Positions 1-14,087 of a stretch of DNA of 64,000 bases are shown here, piece after piece. Source of the DNA: Amphiscolops sp. MND2022 (Eukaryota); contig OZ076412.1 in the NCBI GenBank assembly GCA_964187785.1, positions 53,320,001-53,384,000 on the forward strand, given 5' to 3'. Both the position numbers and the translations under genes were made by a program. The notes below the pieces were generated by a model. That model had not been told where the DNA came from. It was given only the letters and a program-made list of their open reading frames with translations, and searched no databases. How positions within the stretch are numbered: the first letter of the stretch is position 1; each line of letters starts with the position of its first letter.

Positions 1-365
1 TCCACAACCTCGAAATCACACTAAGGATCCCCCCTTTTTTCGGAACTATGCGACTTTTTGAAACTTTTTGGATTGAAATTTTTTCCCCAAAGGGTCCCCC
101 CTTCAATTTTTTTTGATGTTTTGCAACACAATGGATGTCAAAAAATCGCAAAGGGTCCCCCCTTTTACATTTTTTGGCACTGTGACACTGTTCAAAAATC
201 TCATTAAAAATTTTTTTTGGGAAATTTTTTCATGTCTCCAAAGGGTCCCCCCTTCAATTTTTTAAATTTTTTTTGCAACCAGCTGGTTTCACAAAGCCCG
301 AAGGGTCCCCTTTTTAAATTTTGAGCCTTAGATATGTCGCCGACTTTGGCCGTTCTCGGCTTGTT
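1..365 (+). repeat. Interspersed repeat family copy (HINE/DINE-like), left-truncated by the window
   Basis: AAGGGTCCCC subrepeats; terminus GAGCCTTAGATATG.CGCCGACTT.GGCCGTT..CGGCTTGTT. Confidence 0.85.
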
Positions 366-489
366 TCATCAACCAAGAGGTACGAAATCTTCATGCCTTT
401 GAAATGTCAGAACTTTTCCTTTTTCTACACACGCGTAACATTGTGAAAATTTTGGAAAATAGTCACAAATTAGTAGACGGTTGTAGGCT

Positions 490-900
490 TTTATGATGAG
501 TCCTATATTGCTTTTATGAGGCATGATGTTACATCGAGCCTTTATTATTGTACGGTTGCGAGATGTGGACCCTAACGACTGCAGAAAAAAATTAACTGAT
601 GGCCACTTAAAAGTGCTGAAAATTAGATGTCGACAAAGCGATTAACAAAGAAGTACTCCTTCGAGCCGGAACGAGGCGATGGATAATCCAGCAAAACGTC
701 AAGATCACCTTTTCGGGTATGTGATTAGGAAGAAAAATTTGTTTAAAAAAGTAAATTCACGCGATGAAACTAATGAACCGATCTTCTTGTGGTTTCTACT
801 TGATAAACTCAATAAAAAAAAGAGCTCTAGAAAAACTTTTCCAAGCGTGTTTATGTCTCTTTGGGAGCAGTAGTAAAAACATTCCTTTGGAAAAACATCG
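490..900 (+). mobile_element. LINE (RTE-like) RT C-terminal remnant
   Basis: IEPLLLYGCEMWTL and RQDHLFGYVIRK motifs. Confidence 0.6.
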
Positions 901-2449
901 AAAAACAAGATGACATCTAAATCATTCCAGGGGATATCGTCTGGGAGCCGCTTTTATCATCTAATGACTAAGATCCAATTTCAAACTAAATGCCATCACC
1001 TAATATTTGGCCGATGTCTGAGATTTAAGCTCCGCCTCTAAGACAAGTTTTTAAAAATCATATCGAAAATTAACCCTGATTGACCTGGTTGAATAAAAAA
1101 AATATCTCCACAACTACGCGTACCAGAGAAACGAACTGTAGCGCGTTTGAAAGGTCTGGTCTTGAGCTTTCATTTTGCTCATGTGAGCCCCTGTCACCGC
1201 GCGTCCCCTTCTCCAGAATTTTATTTTCTTTTTCCGGTACCGCCGCTTCACGGCAATTCCGCACTTCGGGGGCTTGTAGTAACAACAGGATATAATTGGG
1301 GTTTCTTTTACAAGGACTTGTCGTGAAAGGGTAAGGGGTTGCTTTTTTCTATTGTCAAAGACTTTTGAGAAAACTGGATTTCGCCAAAAACTGAATTTTG
1401 GAAATGTATAACCATTTTCTGTGCAAAAGAAAACATTTTCCCCAGATTTGAAGACACATTCACTTTTTTCCAATGCTTGTGCCATTCAAATCAATCTGCC
1501 AATGAACGGCTGAAACAAAACATTATCATCCAGTGTAAAGTGCATTTTCTGTAAAACGAGAGCGAACCGTATTCTAGTCAAATAGTGCACCGTGTTCAAC
1601 AACAGGATATTATTGGGGTTTCTTTTACAAGGACTTGTCGTGAAAGGGTAAGGGGTTGCTTTTTTCTATTGGTCAATTTCAATAGATCCAATTTCAAACA
1701 AAATGCGATCACCTAATATTTGGCCGAAGTCTGGGGTTTAAGCTCCGCCTCTAAGACAAGTTTTTAAAAAATCATATCGAAAATTAAAACGAAAGACAAG
1801 ATGATATGGAATAACTGCTCGGCCTTAGCAAGATGTCCACTGGTGGCCGCGAGTATGTGGAGGTGTGATCCAAAACTCAAAAAGCTTCCAGAATATGGAA
1901 AAGCCTACTCATTGATAATAAATATTACTTATTGATAAATTGAGTAAATTTACTTGAGTTCGTTCTAAATTTGAACACATTCATTTCTAGGTATTCCTAG
2001 ACAATTATCCCGAAACAATCTTCTTAATCGTTACATTGCCTCTACCCCGTCGAGCAGGAAAGTAATGTCTAACAGCCTGTTCTCAAAAGAAATTGATTTT
2101 TAGACGTTATTACCAAAATACTTATAGACATTATTCCTTAGACATTCGCGTCTCTCTTACTTGACTCAATTGTAGTTTCGAAGTGTTGAGTTATCCGAAG
2201 CGCGAATAACGTCTAAAATCCAATGTATTAGGATTGGGAATAAGCATGACTTGTCTTTTAACGTTATTCCTGCTCCCCTTAAGTTATCCGCTCAGGACCA
2301 CACTATCTCAGGGTCATACTATCAAAGGATGCTCCAATTGGAACTACATTACAAGAGCATGAGAGAGAGAGAAAGACGCTTAATTACTATACCTTATAAA
2401 AAAGAAACAACTTGTTTGGTACAGTAGGCGTAGTAATTAAAATGAAGTT

Positions 2450-2700
2450 AAAATAAAGTAGCACTTTTGAACTATTGGAGAAGTTGGAAGCCGTGCCAAA
2501 TATGGTTCTTAAAAAAAGTTGGACAATCTTTGTATAGTTGTAGCATGTGTTCTTTGATAAGTTTCTTCCATTTTTCTCTCTTGTATTTGATTGTTCTCAG
2601 TTCAGTGGGTAAGGAATTCCAACTTCTCACACAGGTATAAAAGAAGGAATAAAAGCATTGCCCAACAGTAAATTTCTTACGGCACTGGCAGTTCTCGGGA
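2450..2700 (-). mobile_element. 3' end of a CR1/L2-clade LINE
   Basis: SFFYTCVRSWNSLPTELR...WKKLIK, the typical LINE ORF2 C-terminus. Confidence 0.65.
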
Positions 2701-4149
2701 CTCATTCGGGGGACCATAACTAAGGTCTAAGGAGTAAGATCTAAATAAATTTCGTGATTAAGATCTAAAGAAGTAAATAAGGTCTAAAATGCGAAACGGG
2801 AATAAGATCTAAATAATTTTTCCAATGAAAATACAGTTTTGGGCAAACTTATTGGACATATTTATTTAAGTGACACCGGTAAATCGGTGCTGAATATTAA
2901 TGCATACATGTTTCCTGATGATGCATGCGTTCTATAAAAGCAATCTCCCTCGATTTGCCTATGGGGACCCGAAAATAACTTATGGAAGTCGATTGCATTG
3001 TCAGGGATATTCGAATACGATAACCCCCGACGTTTTCGCATTGTAGCGGACATGGTCGGGAAAGAGTTAACTTTGGGACAGGCGCTTGTATTCTTGATCT
3101 TGTTATCATATATGTCTCTGATTGCCAGAATTGTTCTTTCAGCTTTCCTTTCAATTTCGATTCCATCATTGTTTTTTCAATTTCAGCATATTCTTCAGTA
3201 TGCATATAGTGGAAGCCGCTTAAATGGGACACGCGTATGAGACAATACTCAATGTACTACTTAAAAGTAATATTTCGGTCCTCTGGCCTAGCTGGCCCGG
3301 TCAATTGTACTGCTGATATGAGACAACGAATATGGCGTCCCATATAAGCGGCTTCCATGTGTGAAATTTGAGAATTCAATTGCCGCTGTTCCCGAACAGT
3401 CATTTTTGTGTCTGTGAACACCGCAGATTGATTTTATCCTTATAGACATTACTTTTGGTATAAATGAAGCTATCTCTTACGAAAACCTTTGACCCCTTCC
3501 GTTTGCCCTCAGTTTCCTGCCAACTTGGCATTTTTACCGGAAATACTAGAAACCAAAATTTAGACCTTGGTTACGATTTAGAAGCTGGCATTCTCGAGAT
3601 CTTAGTTACAAAAAATGTCATTTAGATCTTAGTTACAGAAGTGCGTTTCGATCTTATTCCTTAGATGGCAGTTTGTGCCCGCAGTCATTTATAATAGAAA
3701 TCCAGTCATCTCGTTTCAGATTTTAATCAGGTTAAATCACTCTCGAGGCTATCGGCGTTACTCAGCGCTTATGAAAAATGACTAAAGTAGTCTTTTAATG
3801 AAACCCATTTAATGACTAGAGGGAGAATACTAACTCGTAATTCAGGAACACTTCTTTTGTAAGATGTAGGTAAAAAACTTCCTGCGTAGGATCTAAGTAA
3901 TTTATTTTGTGAGGTTCAAATTTTTCATTTCTAAGCAATGGCATTGCTCCGCTCCCGTGTTGTGTGGCAACGAATATGCTATCTTGTCTTTGGAACTATA
4001 CGTAGCCACTAAATGCAATGGAGTGGCCGTTGAATTCATTGATACAAAATTACAAGCAGCAACTAAAGACGTCATTTTCGTGTTTAGGACCAATCATAAA
4101 AATTCACGACAGCCGAACTTACAAAAGTGATTAGAAATTTTCAAAATCT

Positions 4150-4380
4150 CTACTCATTTCACTGTTCTCAATTTCGAAAAAAGAAACAGGAAGAAGGAGA
4201 GGCACAAATAACCTCTCCGGAAAGACATCTAGAAGTATTTTAGGAAACACCTAATCTGCCAAAACTGCAAATATGCTGACGATCTTACGATGCTGACTTG
4301 GAACGAATGCAAGCTGTGTGATCAACGATATGCAAAACAACATAGACATACTGAAAAACTGGCTGGAAGGATACTACAAG
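4150..4380 (+). mobile_element. LINE RT remnant
   Basis: YADDLTML at ~4273. Confidence 0.5.
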
Positions 4381-4613
4381 ATTTGCACTACAAGCTTGGA
4401 TACGCCAGTTAGTGAGCCAGCTAGTGAGTTTTGGAAAGCAGAATAAGATATAATGCAATAAGATCTAACGCTTTCTGATTGATGGAGAACACCTTATCCA
4501 TGTCAATTTGAGACTTTTGATTGGTTTAGATCTTATTCCGTTAGATCTTATTCTGCTTTCCAAAACTCACTAACTGGCTCACTAACTGGCGTATCCAAGC
4601 TTGTAGTGCAAAT
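4381..4613. mobile_element. Foldback MITE (233 bp) with ~85-bp terminal inverted repeats
   Basis: First 40 bp ATTTGCACTACAAGCTTGGATACGCCAGTTAGTGAGCCAG are the exact reverse complement of 4574-4613; imperfect pairing continues inward. Confidence 0.9.
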
Positions 4614-5889
4614 AACGTCGAAGGAATAGCGTCTAAAAGTGTTTCGGGTGCTACTTCTAAAGAAATAACGTCTAAAATTCAATGTTTTAGGATGGGGAAT
4701 GAGCATGACTTGGCTTTAGACGTTATTTCCGTTTTGCATTTAGATGTTATTCTTTTGACTTTATTGACGCTCGCCTATTCAAGCATCAGTGGAGAAGACG
4801 AAAAAAGATGTTTTTCAAAAAGAAGACCTGTTTTTCCAATCCCAACCGCTATATTTTGAAATTTGGAGAAGATGAAGTTATTGGAAATGTACCCATCGAC
4901 ATTCAAATCGAGTCACACGGAGCTAACATTTACATGAAAAATCAAAAGCAACCCAAACATGACCAATCTGAACAGAACCCAAATATGACTAGCAAATCAC
5001 TAGTTGTTCGAAATTTAGACGCAGATAACATAATGTTCGGTTCTCTTACTTCTTACAGCCGGGACTCCATGAAAGGACTAATATACCGAAGATGGAACAA
5101 CAGATTGAAAAACTTGAGTTTTTACAGCACTTTTGAGAGGGAAGCCAATGAATTCGGATTTCTGCCCAAACCTCTGAACAAAGCAAACAGTTTTTGTTTT
5201 GTACAAATCCTGTCCCAACATTGCATGCTTGGCAGTTTCCAGTTCCAAATTGGTAGATGTTTCACTACGGTGTATGCATGTATGCATGAAGAAAAATCTA
5301 CATGATGATCACCATTAGGCTGACTGGAGTAGAAGAGAAGTTTGAGATTCAGTTTCAGTTTCTCGTATGTTGTTCAAGAAGGAAAAATGTCTTTCAGAAT
5401 AAATTTTGGAGCATTTGACAGTTTTGCATTTCTGTCGAAGAAAAAGGTTTTTTTGAAAGTTTATACAATTGCATTACAGTAAAAAAGAAAATGTTCAATT
5501 GACATTAACTGATGAGGCAAAGATACTAAGTAGTTTAGCAGTTAAAGAAACCGTTCTCACAGTAGTCATAAATTCCCAGGGCTCACCGATATTACATTTT
5601 TTTTCAGGTTAAAGTAGTCGAAACACTGAACTGTCAAACTATTCGCATGAGTGCATGACAAATAGGCGAGGAAAAAAAGAAGCAAAAAACATCAACATAA
5701 GTTCCTGGAAAATATAACTCAATTGGAAGATGCAGAACACTTATCTATGTTTGTCAAAACCCCGTATTTATTGATCCGACATAAGACATACTAAAATTGT
5801 ATTCAACCGTTCACCATCTAGGCATTACAGAACCCATCCCAACAAGCAACTCAACAAGAGTTCGACTCTCAAGCAGAACAGTAGTTGTC

Positions 5890-8050
5890 AACAAGATAGG
5901 AACGGCCAAAGTCGGAACTCCGCTCAAGTTTCAAAACACCAAATTTATTGAATATGCAAAAGACCCTATGATGAAATTTCATCAACTTCTCAGTGCCGAA
6001 AAATACCCAAAAGTAAGGGATACAGATAAGACTCGAAACTGACTTTTCCCCAACTAGAAAGACAAAAAATCTATTTAGAAAAGCTTTTTTTCTCGGAAAA
6101 GTCTCAAGTGATGAAAAAGGAGCTTTCAGCTCGCAAAAAAGTTTTCCAAACCGCGAACATTTATGCAAGTTTATACACTTTGATCAAACAAAAATTTTCG
6201 AAAAAAAATCGCACAGTGCCGAAAAATCCTAAAGGTCATTCCCACAATCATTGAGTAAGCTCTCATCCGTTCCACAGGACCAAATAATAATCAATGAGGT
6301 CACCCTGTGGACTCCAAAAAAAGTTTTCTCGAGAAACCTCAAAAATCCAAAAAATTGAAAAGAAAACAAGGATTTTTTCTTTTTTAAAAAAAATCTTCGA
6401 TAAGTCGCATTGGGCCGAAAACCCGAAGGTGGTACTCTATGCTCGCAAACGCTTCGTTCCTGGTAAAAACCAAAAAGGGCACTTGGGTGGAAAAAAATGG
6501 AGCGCTTTTTTGAACATCCGCCTTCTTAGTAAAACGCATTTTTTTGGATATAACATCAAAGTTCGGATATTGCGCAAAAAATATCAAACCTCTGCTTCCT
6601 CCTGAATAAAACGCAATTTACTTCGGATATAACGTCAAAAGTTCGGATATAGTGTGCTGGGACAAATGGCAGCGCTTTTTTGAACATACGCCTCCTACTC
6701 AGTGACACGCAATGTCGGCAATTAGAACAATGTCAGCAAAACGCAAAGTTCGGATACAATGTCAGCAATTAGAATGTAGCGTGCTGACTATGCCAAATGG
6801 TCTTTTTCGTATGAATTATTTTCCCACTCCATTTGATTTTTTCTACGTAAAAGCGACGGATCAGTGATTCTTGAAGAAAAAACTACACCCTGTGAGAGTT
6901 GTGCCTTCTCTGAAAAAGCCGACTAAAAACATTGAAAATATATCAGCACAAACGAATAGCAAAGCGAGGATGGCCCGAACCGGCGCCCCGCTCAGGGTTC
7001 AAAACAAGTTTATTGAAGATGCAAAATTTTATTAAATTTACCATGCAGGAAAATACCCGAAAGGATACCCATTAGACACAAAAACTACTTTGAATCTTTG
7101 AACATGAAGTTCTTGTTTCTCAGGGGAAACCACTCATAGTGTCAAAAATAGCCTTTTTTTCACGCAGAAAATATTTATGCAAGTGAAGAGTACCTTTGGC
7201 TGAATCAAAAGTTTTTCAAAAAAGTCGCACATTGCCTAGAAAAACCGAATGTATGTTCCACAAGTATAGGGAAAACTATCATCTGTTCCACAAGACCAAA
7301 AAGAAGTGTTTTTAATATGCGAAAGAACTATATTGTGAAAAACTATCTAAAATACAGCGCCAAAAATACCCACCCGAAACGTCAAAAAACAACACTTTTT
7401 GAAAAAAATATTGATTTTTTCCCGAAAAGTTTCATAGTGCCGAAAAACTCAAAAAAGACACTCTAAGTTCGGAAAACGTTTTTTTAATCCAAAATTTTTC
7501 AAAACGTGATTTCACCAAATGAAATTTTCTCGAGAAAAAGCCGCAGAATGCTAAAAAAACTGTTTTCCCACAGGAAAGTGTGGCTTTTTTGTCACAGGTT
7601 TTGAGAACCTCTCATCAGCCCCACATGACCAAAAAGTAACTAAATATATCATCCTTAGGACTGGAAACAGGCTTTCCCAGGCAGAAAATCTCCAAAAACG
7701 ATAAAAATTGTGAAGGAAACTTCTTCAAAAACTTTTTCTCGAAATTTTTTTCCGATTATCGCACTGTGTCGAAAAACCATAAGGTGGCCTTCTATGCTCG
7801 CAAAACTCTGTTTCAGCTGAAAATCAAGACTGAGGCACTCTGGCTCTGAAAGTTCAAAAAAGTCCCATAGTGTCTGAAAATCCCAATGGTTTGATCCTCT
7901 ACTTTTGCAAGCCTAAAAATCATTTGTTTTAGGGGTGCTTCTCAGACCTCAAGACCTCAATAAAAACACTCTCGACCAAGTGGCAGTTAGAAGGTGCTCT
8001 AGCGCATAGATTTGCGTATAAAATCAGTCAGTTCGTTGGTCCTAAAAATC
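5890..8050 (-). repeat. Two adjacent diverged copies of the same interspersed family
   Basis: Starts AACAAGATAGGAACGGCCAAAGTCGG at 5890; GCCGACTAAAAA at ~6920; second start ~6960; boundaries approximate. Confidence 0.65.
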
Positions 8051-9419
8051 CACTGCTATAGTCGGGTCTCTTCTCCGAATCGCTGACTAAGAGAAGACGT
8101 TTGGTGGCGAAAAACTTTTCGTGGAAAGGACCACAGAATAACCGAATTTTTTCTAAACTTAGAGACGAAAGTGATGTGATTCCAGGTGTGGCTCGCTACA
8201 GCACGAACTATCCAGTTTAGGAACTGACGCCAGCACAAATTACCTAAATCAACTAGTTGACAGGAAGAATCGGAAGTCCAACTGAAACACAAATGCATTT
8301 GCTAGTAGGTTGGTGTTAGATAGAGATAAACGACATTCAATCAAGTTTATGAATTTTTACCAAAAGTATGGGCCTTGATAGGTTATTGAGTTTACATTCA
8401 CGGAGAACCGATCAAATTACTCACAGAACATCAGGTACTGAAACAATTTAAGTTTTCAACCAATCAGTTCTTACAATATTTGTTCCATTGACAACCTAAT
8501 ACTTCCATTAAATATATTTTTGATGAGATCAAGGTGTGATATTTACTTAAATATGATTTACCTTCAAATTGGTTATTTCTATTGCTTGTATTTAGTTGCT
8601 CAATTTTTTTCAAAGTTCTTTTCATTAATTGAATAAAATGATCATTACAAACATCTTTTCAGCTCATAACTCACAAGGTTATGTGTCCAGAACAATTCCA
8701 CTGGAGTGATTTATTGGTACATTAGAGAAACAAAATTTTCTGCGTAAAAAGTTGACGAATTGATGAAACAAAAAAGTGGGGAATTAATTGAAAGACTCTC
8801 CGGACAGTTAACGAAGTTCTACAATTTGATTTCACAACCTTACAAAAACTTGTTGACCTCAGAAAAACGTTAAAGACTACTAAGAAAAAGCAATGAACTC
8901 TTTTGTTAATTAGGGCTAGATCCCTTCCGATATAAAAATTCACCCTTGAATAAAAGCATTTTTTAAAATTTTTTTTATTTCAATTCCCGATAATGGAATC
9001 AAACAAAAATTACGGTTTCAAAGTATAGTTTAGTTAAACAGCATTAAATTATTTGGGCATTTTTAGCAGAATTCCTACAGAGGAAATAAAGTTGTAATCA
9101 GTTCGAACTAAAACCAGGTGACTGTTTGTTTTTTTTGTTTGAGTATTGAAAGGGAAAACAAATTAAAATTTTGAGATCTGAGTTTGTGGTTAGTATTGCA
9201 TGTTTGATTGTCATAGTTGTGAGCGTGCAAACTAAGTAGAAAACTCAGTTTTTCGGGCAAAGAGGATGGCTTCGTCATGCTTTGTGAACAGTTTGAGTCT
9301 AGAATGCATTTGTTGATTCTGTTTGGTGTGCTGAATTGAAGTGAAGGTAATGACTCTTGTAGATTGAAAAGTCCGAGTGGTTCATCGAGAGAAAAAAGAC
9401 AGGAAGCTAACAAAAAAGA

Positions 9420-9900
9420 GACCAGAGTGTTCGCTGGAGAAAAGTAAAAGGTCTGGTGGGAATTGGTTCAATGCTTGGATATAAAGTCTCTGTTGTTCTT
9501 GAGAAGTCCCGAAGGTGATGGACAACATGTGTGGAAAGCTTTATGTGACCGTTTTGAGAGATTCGAGCGTGCTCGATTGCAGCAGCTGATTGAGAAACTG
9601 ACTTAACTTAGAAAAGATCAAAAGAAACCTTGTTGATTTCCAGTGAACGAAGCGCTGAGTGAGCAAATGTTTGTATCAATCTTGTTGAAAGGTCTGCCCA
9701 AAGAGTCCGAGACATTTTATGCCCTTGTAAAATTTACCAAGGAAACCAAGTGTTTGGATGTTGTGAAGAGGGATCTGATAAATTTTGACACACCGAAGGA
9801 AACGAAGAGCAGAAGAAACCTAGTTCCTCAGAAGTAACGAAATTAAATATTATTTCTGTAGAGGACCAGGTCAAAAGTAATTCGAGTGTACGTGATTTGG
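9420..9900 (+). mobile_element. Ty1/copia gag remnant (possibly continuing as very decayed IN/RT to ~11300)
   Basis: VWWELVQCLDIKSLLFL...GDGQHVWKALCDRF..ERARLQQLIEKLT and SILLKGLPKE resemble copia gag; stops present. Confidence 0.7.
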
Positions 9901-12900
9901 AGTTTCAACGAGCCATATATTTCCTCATCGAATGGCAGATTGACTTCCGGATTGATGGGTACTGACATTTTTTGACCCAAACTACCGATTTAGGGCAAAA
10001 AACTGGAGATTAATTCGATGTTTTTCCTTTTGTTCATATTTTATTAGGGCATTTAGGGCTTCAAACTCATTATATCACTTTTCTGGCAATCATCACCCTT
10101 CATTTCCTGTTTAACATCGAAAATATTTTTTACTATTTATAGCGCAACGAAATCACGGTATCTGATTGGATTTCATTGGACCAAGCACTTCCTTGAGCGA
10201 TTTAGTCAATGACCGACCACCACTTACAACAAACATGCAGAAAATTAAACTTTTACTCCGAATGGAAATAACCACTGCTTTCGTGGGCTCGTCTTAGAAA
10301 TTGCAGCAAAAGCTGATATATCTACTTGATCTACCATGATGATTCACACACAACCAATGTATGGCTGGTTGAAAAAGGGTAGGCACCTGAAAAGAAATCC
10401 TTTTAACCAATTATGAAGGCGAATGATTCTATGTGTACGCAAAGAAGTCGTTTGCACACGCTTTTTATAGTTCATTTTTCCAAGTATACTACGGTCTGCC
10501 ATCAAACATCGAAACATGAGCCTCTTGAGAAAAACAAGTTGAATTCAAAACCAACATATTGTTTTGGAATAAAAACAGAAACCTGCAAAAGTGTTTCTTT
10601 GTTTGAGGAGGCAGTAGATTAGAGTTCCAGCAAATAAAAAGAAAAGAGAGTAGAAAAGGGAGGCTGCAACAACCATGGACATGAAGCCCTTGAAAATTGA
10701 AGCCGTTTTTGCGCTCAGCACAAGACGTAACAGCTTAACAGCTACACAGTTACCACCAACAGCAATATTGACACCACCACCAGGAACGAAATGAGGCCCA
10801 TGCATGAATTTCACGTGAATCGCAAAAAGCCACGAAAGTTCGGAAAGTTACATCAATCACCGCCAGTTCGACAACGACGGTGAAACCAGTGATGGGTACA
10901 CGCTCGAGAGGAAGATCAAAACACGTGAGAGACAACAGGATGAAGTCATTCTCCCTTTCTAACACATTAACCGAAATGTTAGGTTGAAACATGACTGAAC
11001 TGCTAACAACTTCCTAAAAACAAACATCGAAAGAGGACCATGGTAGTCTTGCACATTACCAGTTTAACATACCAAGAAGTGCAAGTTTCACGGCCAAAAC
11101 AGTTTCTTTTCGAACGACAGTTACAATCATAAACCCGTTTTTGCAGCGGGAAGAGAACATGACGGAAATGTATAAAGTTGGAGCCTTGCTTGAGGCTCCA
11201 AAAAAGCTCGAAGTCTCATTACAGTGCTCTTGATGCTTTGACAAAAAATTTCATAGCTTTCAGAGTAGTGAAACATTTCCGAAGGGCAACCTGCGGCCTT
11301 GAAGAACACTCATCACGTAATGAAAACATCACATATTAACCAATTAGCTGAAAAAAAATTCTCGAAGAAAAGTATTACAGTACTTTACAGAAAAGTATTA
11401 CAGAACTGAAGCAAAAAGATTAGACATAGAAGTTGCTTCCAATACAAGCTAAAGTACGGAATGGGTTGAAAAGACAAACATCATAAATTTTGAACCATGT
11501 CGATTGAATTTTCTGTTAAAACCGAGTCCAATAGTTACATTAGTAAGATTTGTGAAACGGTTAACAATGTTGACTACAGGAAACACCGTACAAAGATTTA
11601 ACCTCAACACAATTCAGAAAGAACCCAAACGAACAAGATATGAGCGTCCCACATTACAGTATACGACGTCGTTCCTTCAGTACTATTCCTTCAGTAACTT
11701 TACAACCAGTGAAGGAGAACGGCCGTTATCCAGTAGCAGAACATCATCACGCCATGCATTTCGGTCACCAAGCAGTGGTAACGGGGGTAACATGTAGTTT
11801 TGTAGCAGTCAATTGGCGTAATCTGACAACTAATTAATCAGCTAAACCTAAAGTAACTCTCTGATCTGTAACGTCTCCATCTGGCAAACCATGGCGGGCC
11901 ATATTTTTACAGTTGAGACTTCAAAAATTCGAAGTAGCCAAAGTTACGTCCACAGTGAGCTTAAAAGACCCTGTCTCCCAAATTGAAAAAAGCACAACAC
12001 AAGCGCGTAGAGAGAGCTCAAATACAAGAGAACGTGTGAATAATAACTGCAGAACGACGTTTTACGGAGAGCCGGAGACTCAATTAGCGACTGCTACTAG
12101 CGCCAAGTCGAAATAAGGACTCTTCGCGTATCTTTAGCATGTTGCTACTTTTTGTAATAAAATCCTAATTATGAGCGCGCGCGGTGCTTGTAGGCCTTTC
12201 TTCTCGTCCGTTGCCAGTATAATACTGTACACTATTGTAATTTGTTAATACTTTAGCTCGCTAGCTACTATTCTTGTGCCTGCAAAAGAAAAGGAAGTTT
12301 ACTCGTTATCACCAACACCGTTTTAGAGGCTAACAAAGCGGTAGTCTCCAACACAGAAAGGAAGATGCCCGTTATTCTCAGCAGTACCAGACAGGAACCG
12401 GTTGGCGAGTACTCAAGCGAAGCGGGACACCATCTCTTACGGGACGTCTTTCATCATCGGGAGGCAAAGAGGACATGTTGGCAGATCTGAGCCCGTCCCG
12501 TGCAAAAAGCCCAATCCCTTCCGGTTCCTCCCCCTCTTGTAACATTGCCTGACTGGGCGGCTGCTTGCCGTTGCAATCGTTCTGCTACTTTATGACAATG
12601 TTCACCATAGGCATTGGGTTTGACAAAAGTACGGAGCAAAAAGAATTATTGGATACAAATTGCTCCAATTTGAATAGTTTTTGGTTGATTTGTTTCAAAT
12701 TTGTAGTGAATAGTTACTTTTGTAGCTATATATGTAAAAATGGAACGGCACTACTGCTTGTCAAAACTTCAAATGAAGATGCATATAACTGCGTGATGAT
12801 ATTTTAAAAATTATACAAACATTTGGTACAATTCAAACAAAAATATACATTCTGACATGAGAGTTACGACACCCACTATTGAAACCACCATTTGGAAGCG

Positions 12901-13691
12901 ACTCTTCATACAAAATTGAGTTGCCTGATTGTTCGAATGCTGTATTGTTTTTGGTGAGTTGATTTGAAGATAATTGGTTTAGATAACACTTGCGCGGTTT
13001 CTTTTTGATGCTGGCGGTTTGTTTTTGTTACGTTTCCGTCCAGAAAAAAACATCTTCGAAGATAAAAAGACCGACAACAATCTAAGAACCCAGAGACGGA
13101 ACTATTGGGATTGCAAATAGTATAAATAAGGAGGCCCTTGATTGCATAATTTAGTAAGTTTCCATATTTGGTATTTAAAAAGATGTATTAAGTTTTTAAA
13201 AAAGGTGATAAATAATAGTGAGACTTCTTAAGAAATTTTTTCAATGGTTTTTCTTTGTGGTCGATGGCAGCTTTGAAGCCCTTTCAGAAAAATTATTTTA
13301 AATTTGTGAGTGGAAAAAAAACTTAGTAGGACTAAATGCATGAGATAATGTGGTATCACTTTTCCTGTTTTTATTGTTTTCAGAAAATTCATGGATATGT
13401 TAACAAAATTGGACGACAGAAAATCCTTGTAATTTTTTTCCAATAACCTCAAATAAATTGGACGACAGAAAATCTCAAGATAGAGCAAGCCTTAGAAACG
13501 TTGACTTTCTACCGTTTCCGGAGTCTAATCCGTCAGCTATGCTCTGCTATGCGTGCTATAAGCAACGTTTTGAATCTCTTCAACGTTTTTGCGGTAAACT
13601 AGATGAAAAAAAAAATCAGGAGAATAGTTATGCATCGAGAATAAATAACTACAAATAACTGTAATGAAAGAGTTATTGGAATAAATACTGA

Positions 13692-14087
13692 TTAAAAGCT
13701 AGTGTCTGTTATGCAGCCTTTTGAGGCACTTTGAACAACTCTGGCGAACTTCCGGAGAGACCCATGCTTAGCTTTCAGAGGGGGCTTAACCCATTCGGTT
13801 TTTCGGGCAGCCATTTCTGTCTCTGATACTTCTAAACTTAACAGTTGTTGATCAATGTCAATTGTTACCGTATCTCCATCTTTGACCAAAGCAATGGGAC
13901 CTCCACTGAAAGCTTCTGGAGCAACATGTCCGATAATGAACCCATGGGAGGCTCCGCTGAATCTCCCATCTGTAACCAAGGCACAACTTTTGCTCAGATT
14001 AGCACCTACTAGGGCTCCCGTTGGGTACAGCATTTCTGGCATGCCGTTTTGGGGTCCTTCGTACCGGATCACCACCACCATACCAGC
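13692..14087 (-). CDS. ilvD: ilvD exon 7 ([12 protein letters not shown]...[12 protein letters not shown])
   Basis: TAG acceptor; [18 protein letters not shown]; stop TAA at 13692-13694. Confidence 0.97.
   Translation of the reverse strand, partial: AGMVVVIRYEGPQNGMPEMLYPTGALVGANLSKSCALVTDGRFSGASHGFIIGHVAPEAFSGGPIALVKDGDTVTIDIDQQLLSLEVSETEMAARKTEWVKPPLKAKHGSLRKFARVVQSASKGCITDTSF

Noticed and set aside
8310-8400. Possible copia LTR/PBS (AAAGTATGGGCC)
   Set aside because: Only a loose resemblance, too short, no partner LTR.
11867-12544. Possible solo LTR (TGTAAC...GTAACA)
   Set aside because: Ends are not inverted complements, and there is no TSD, PBS or second copy.
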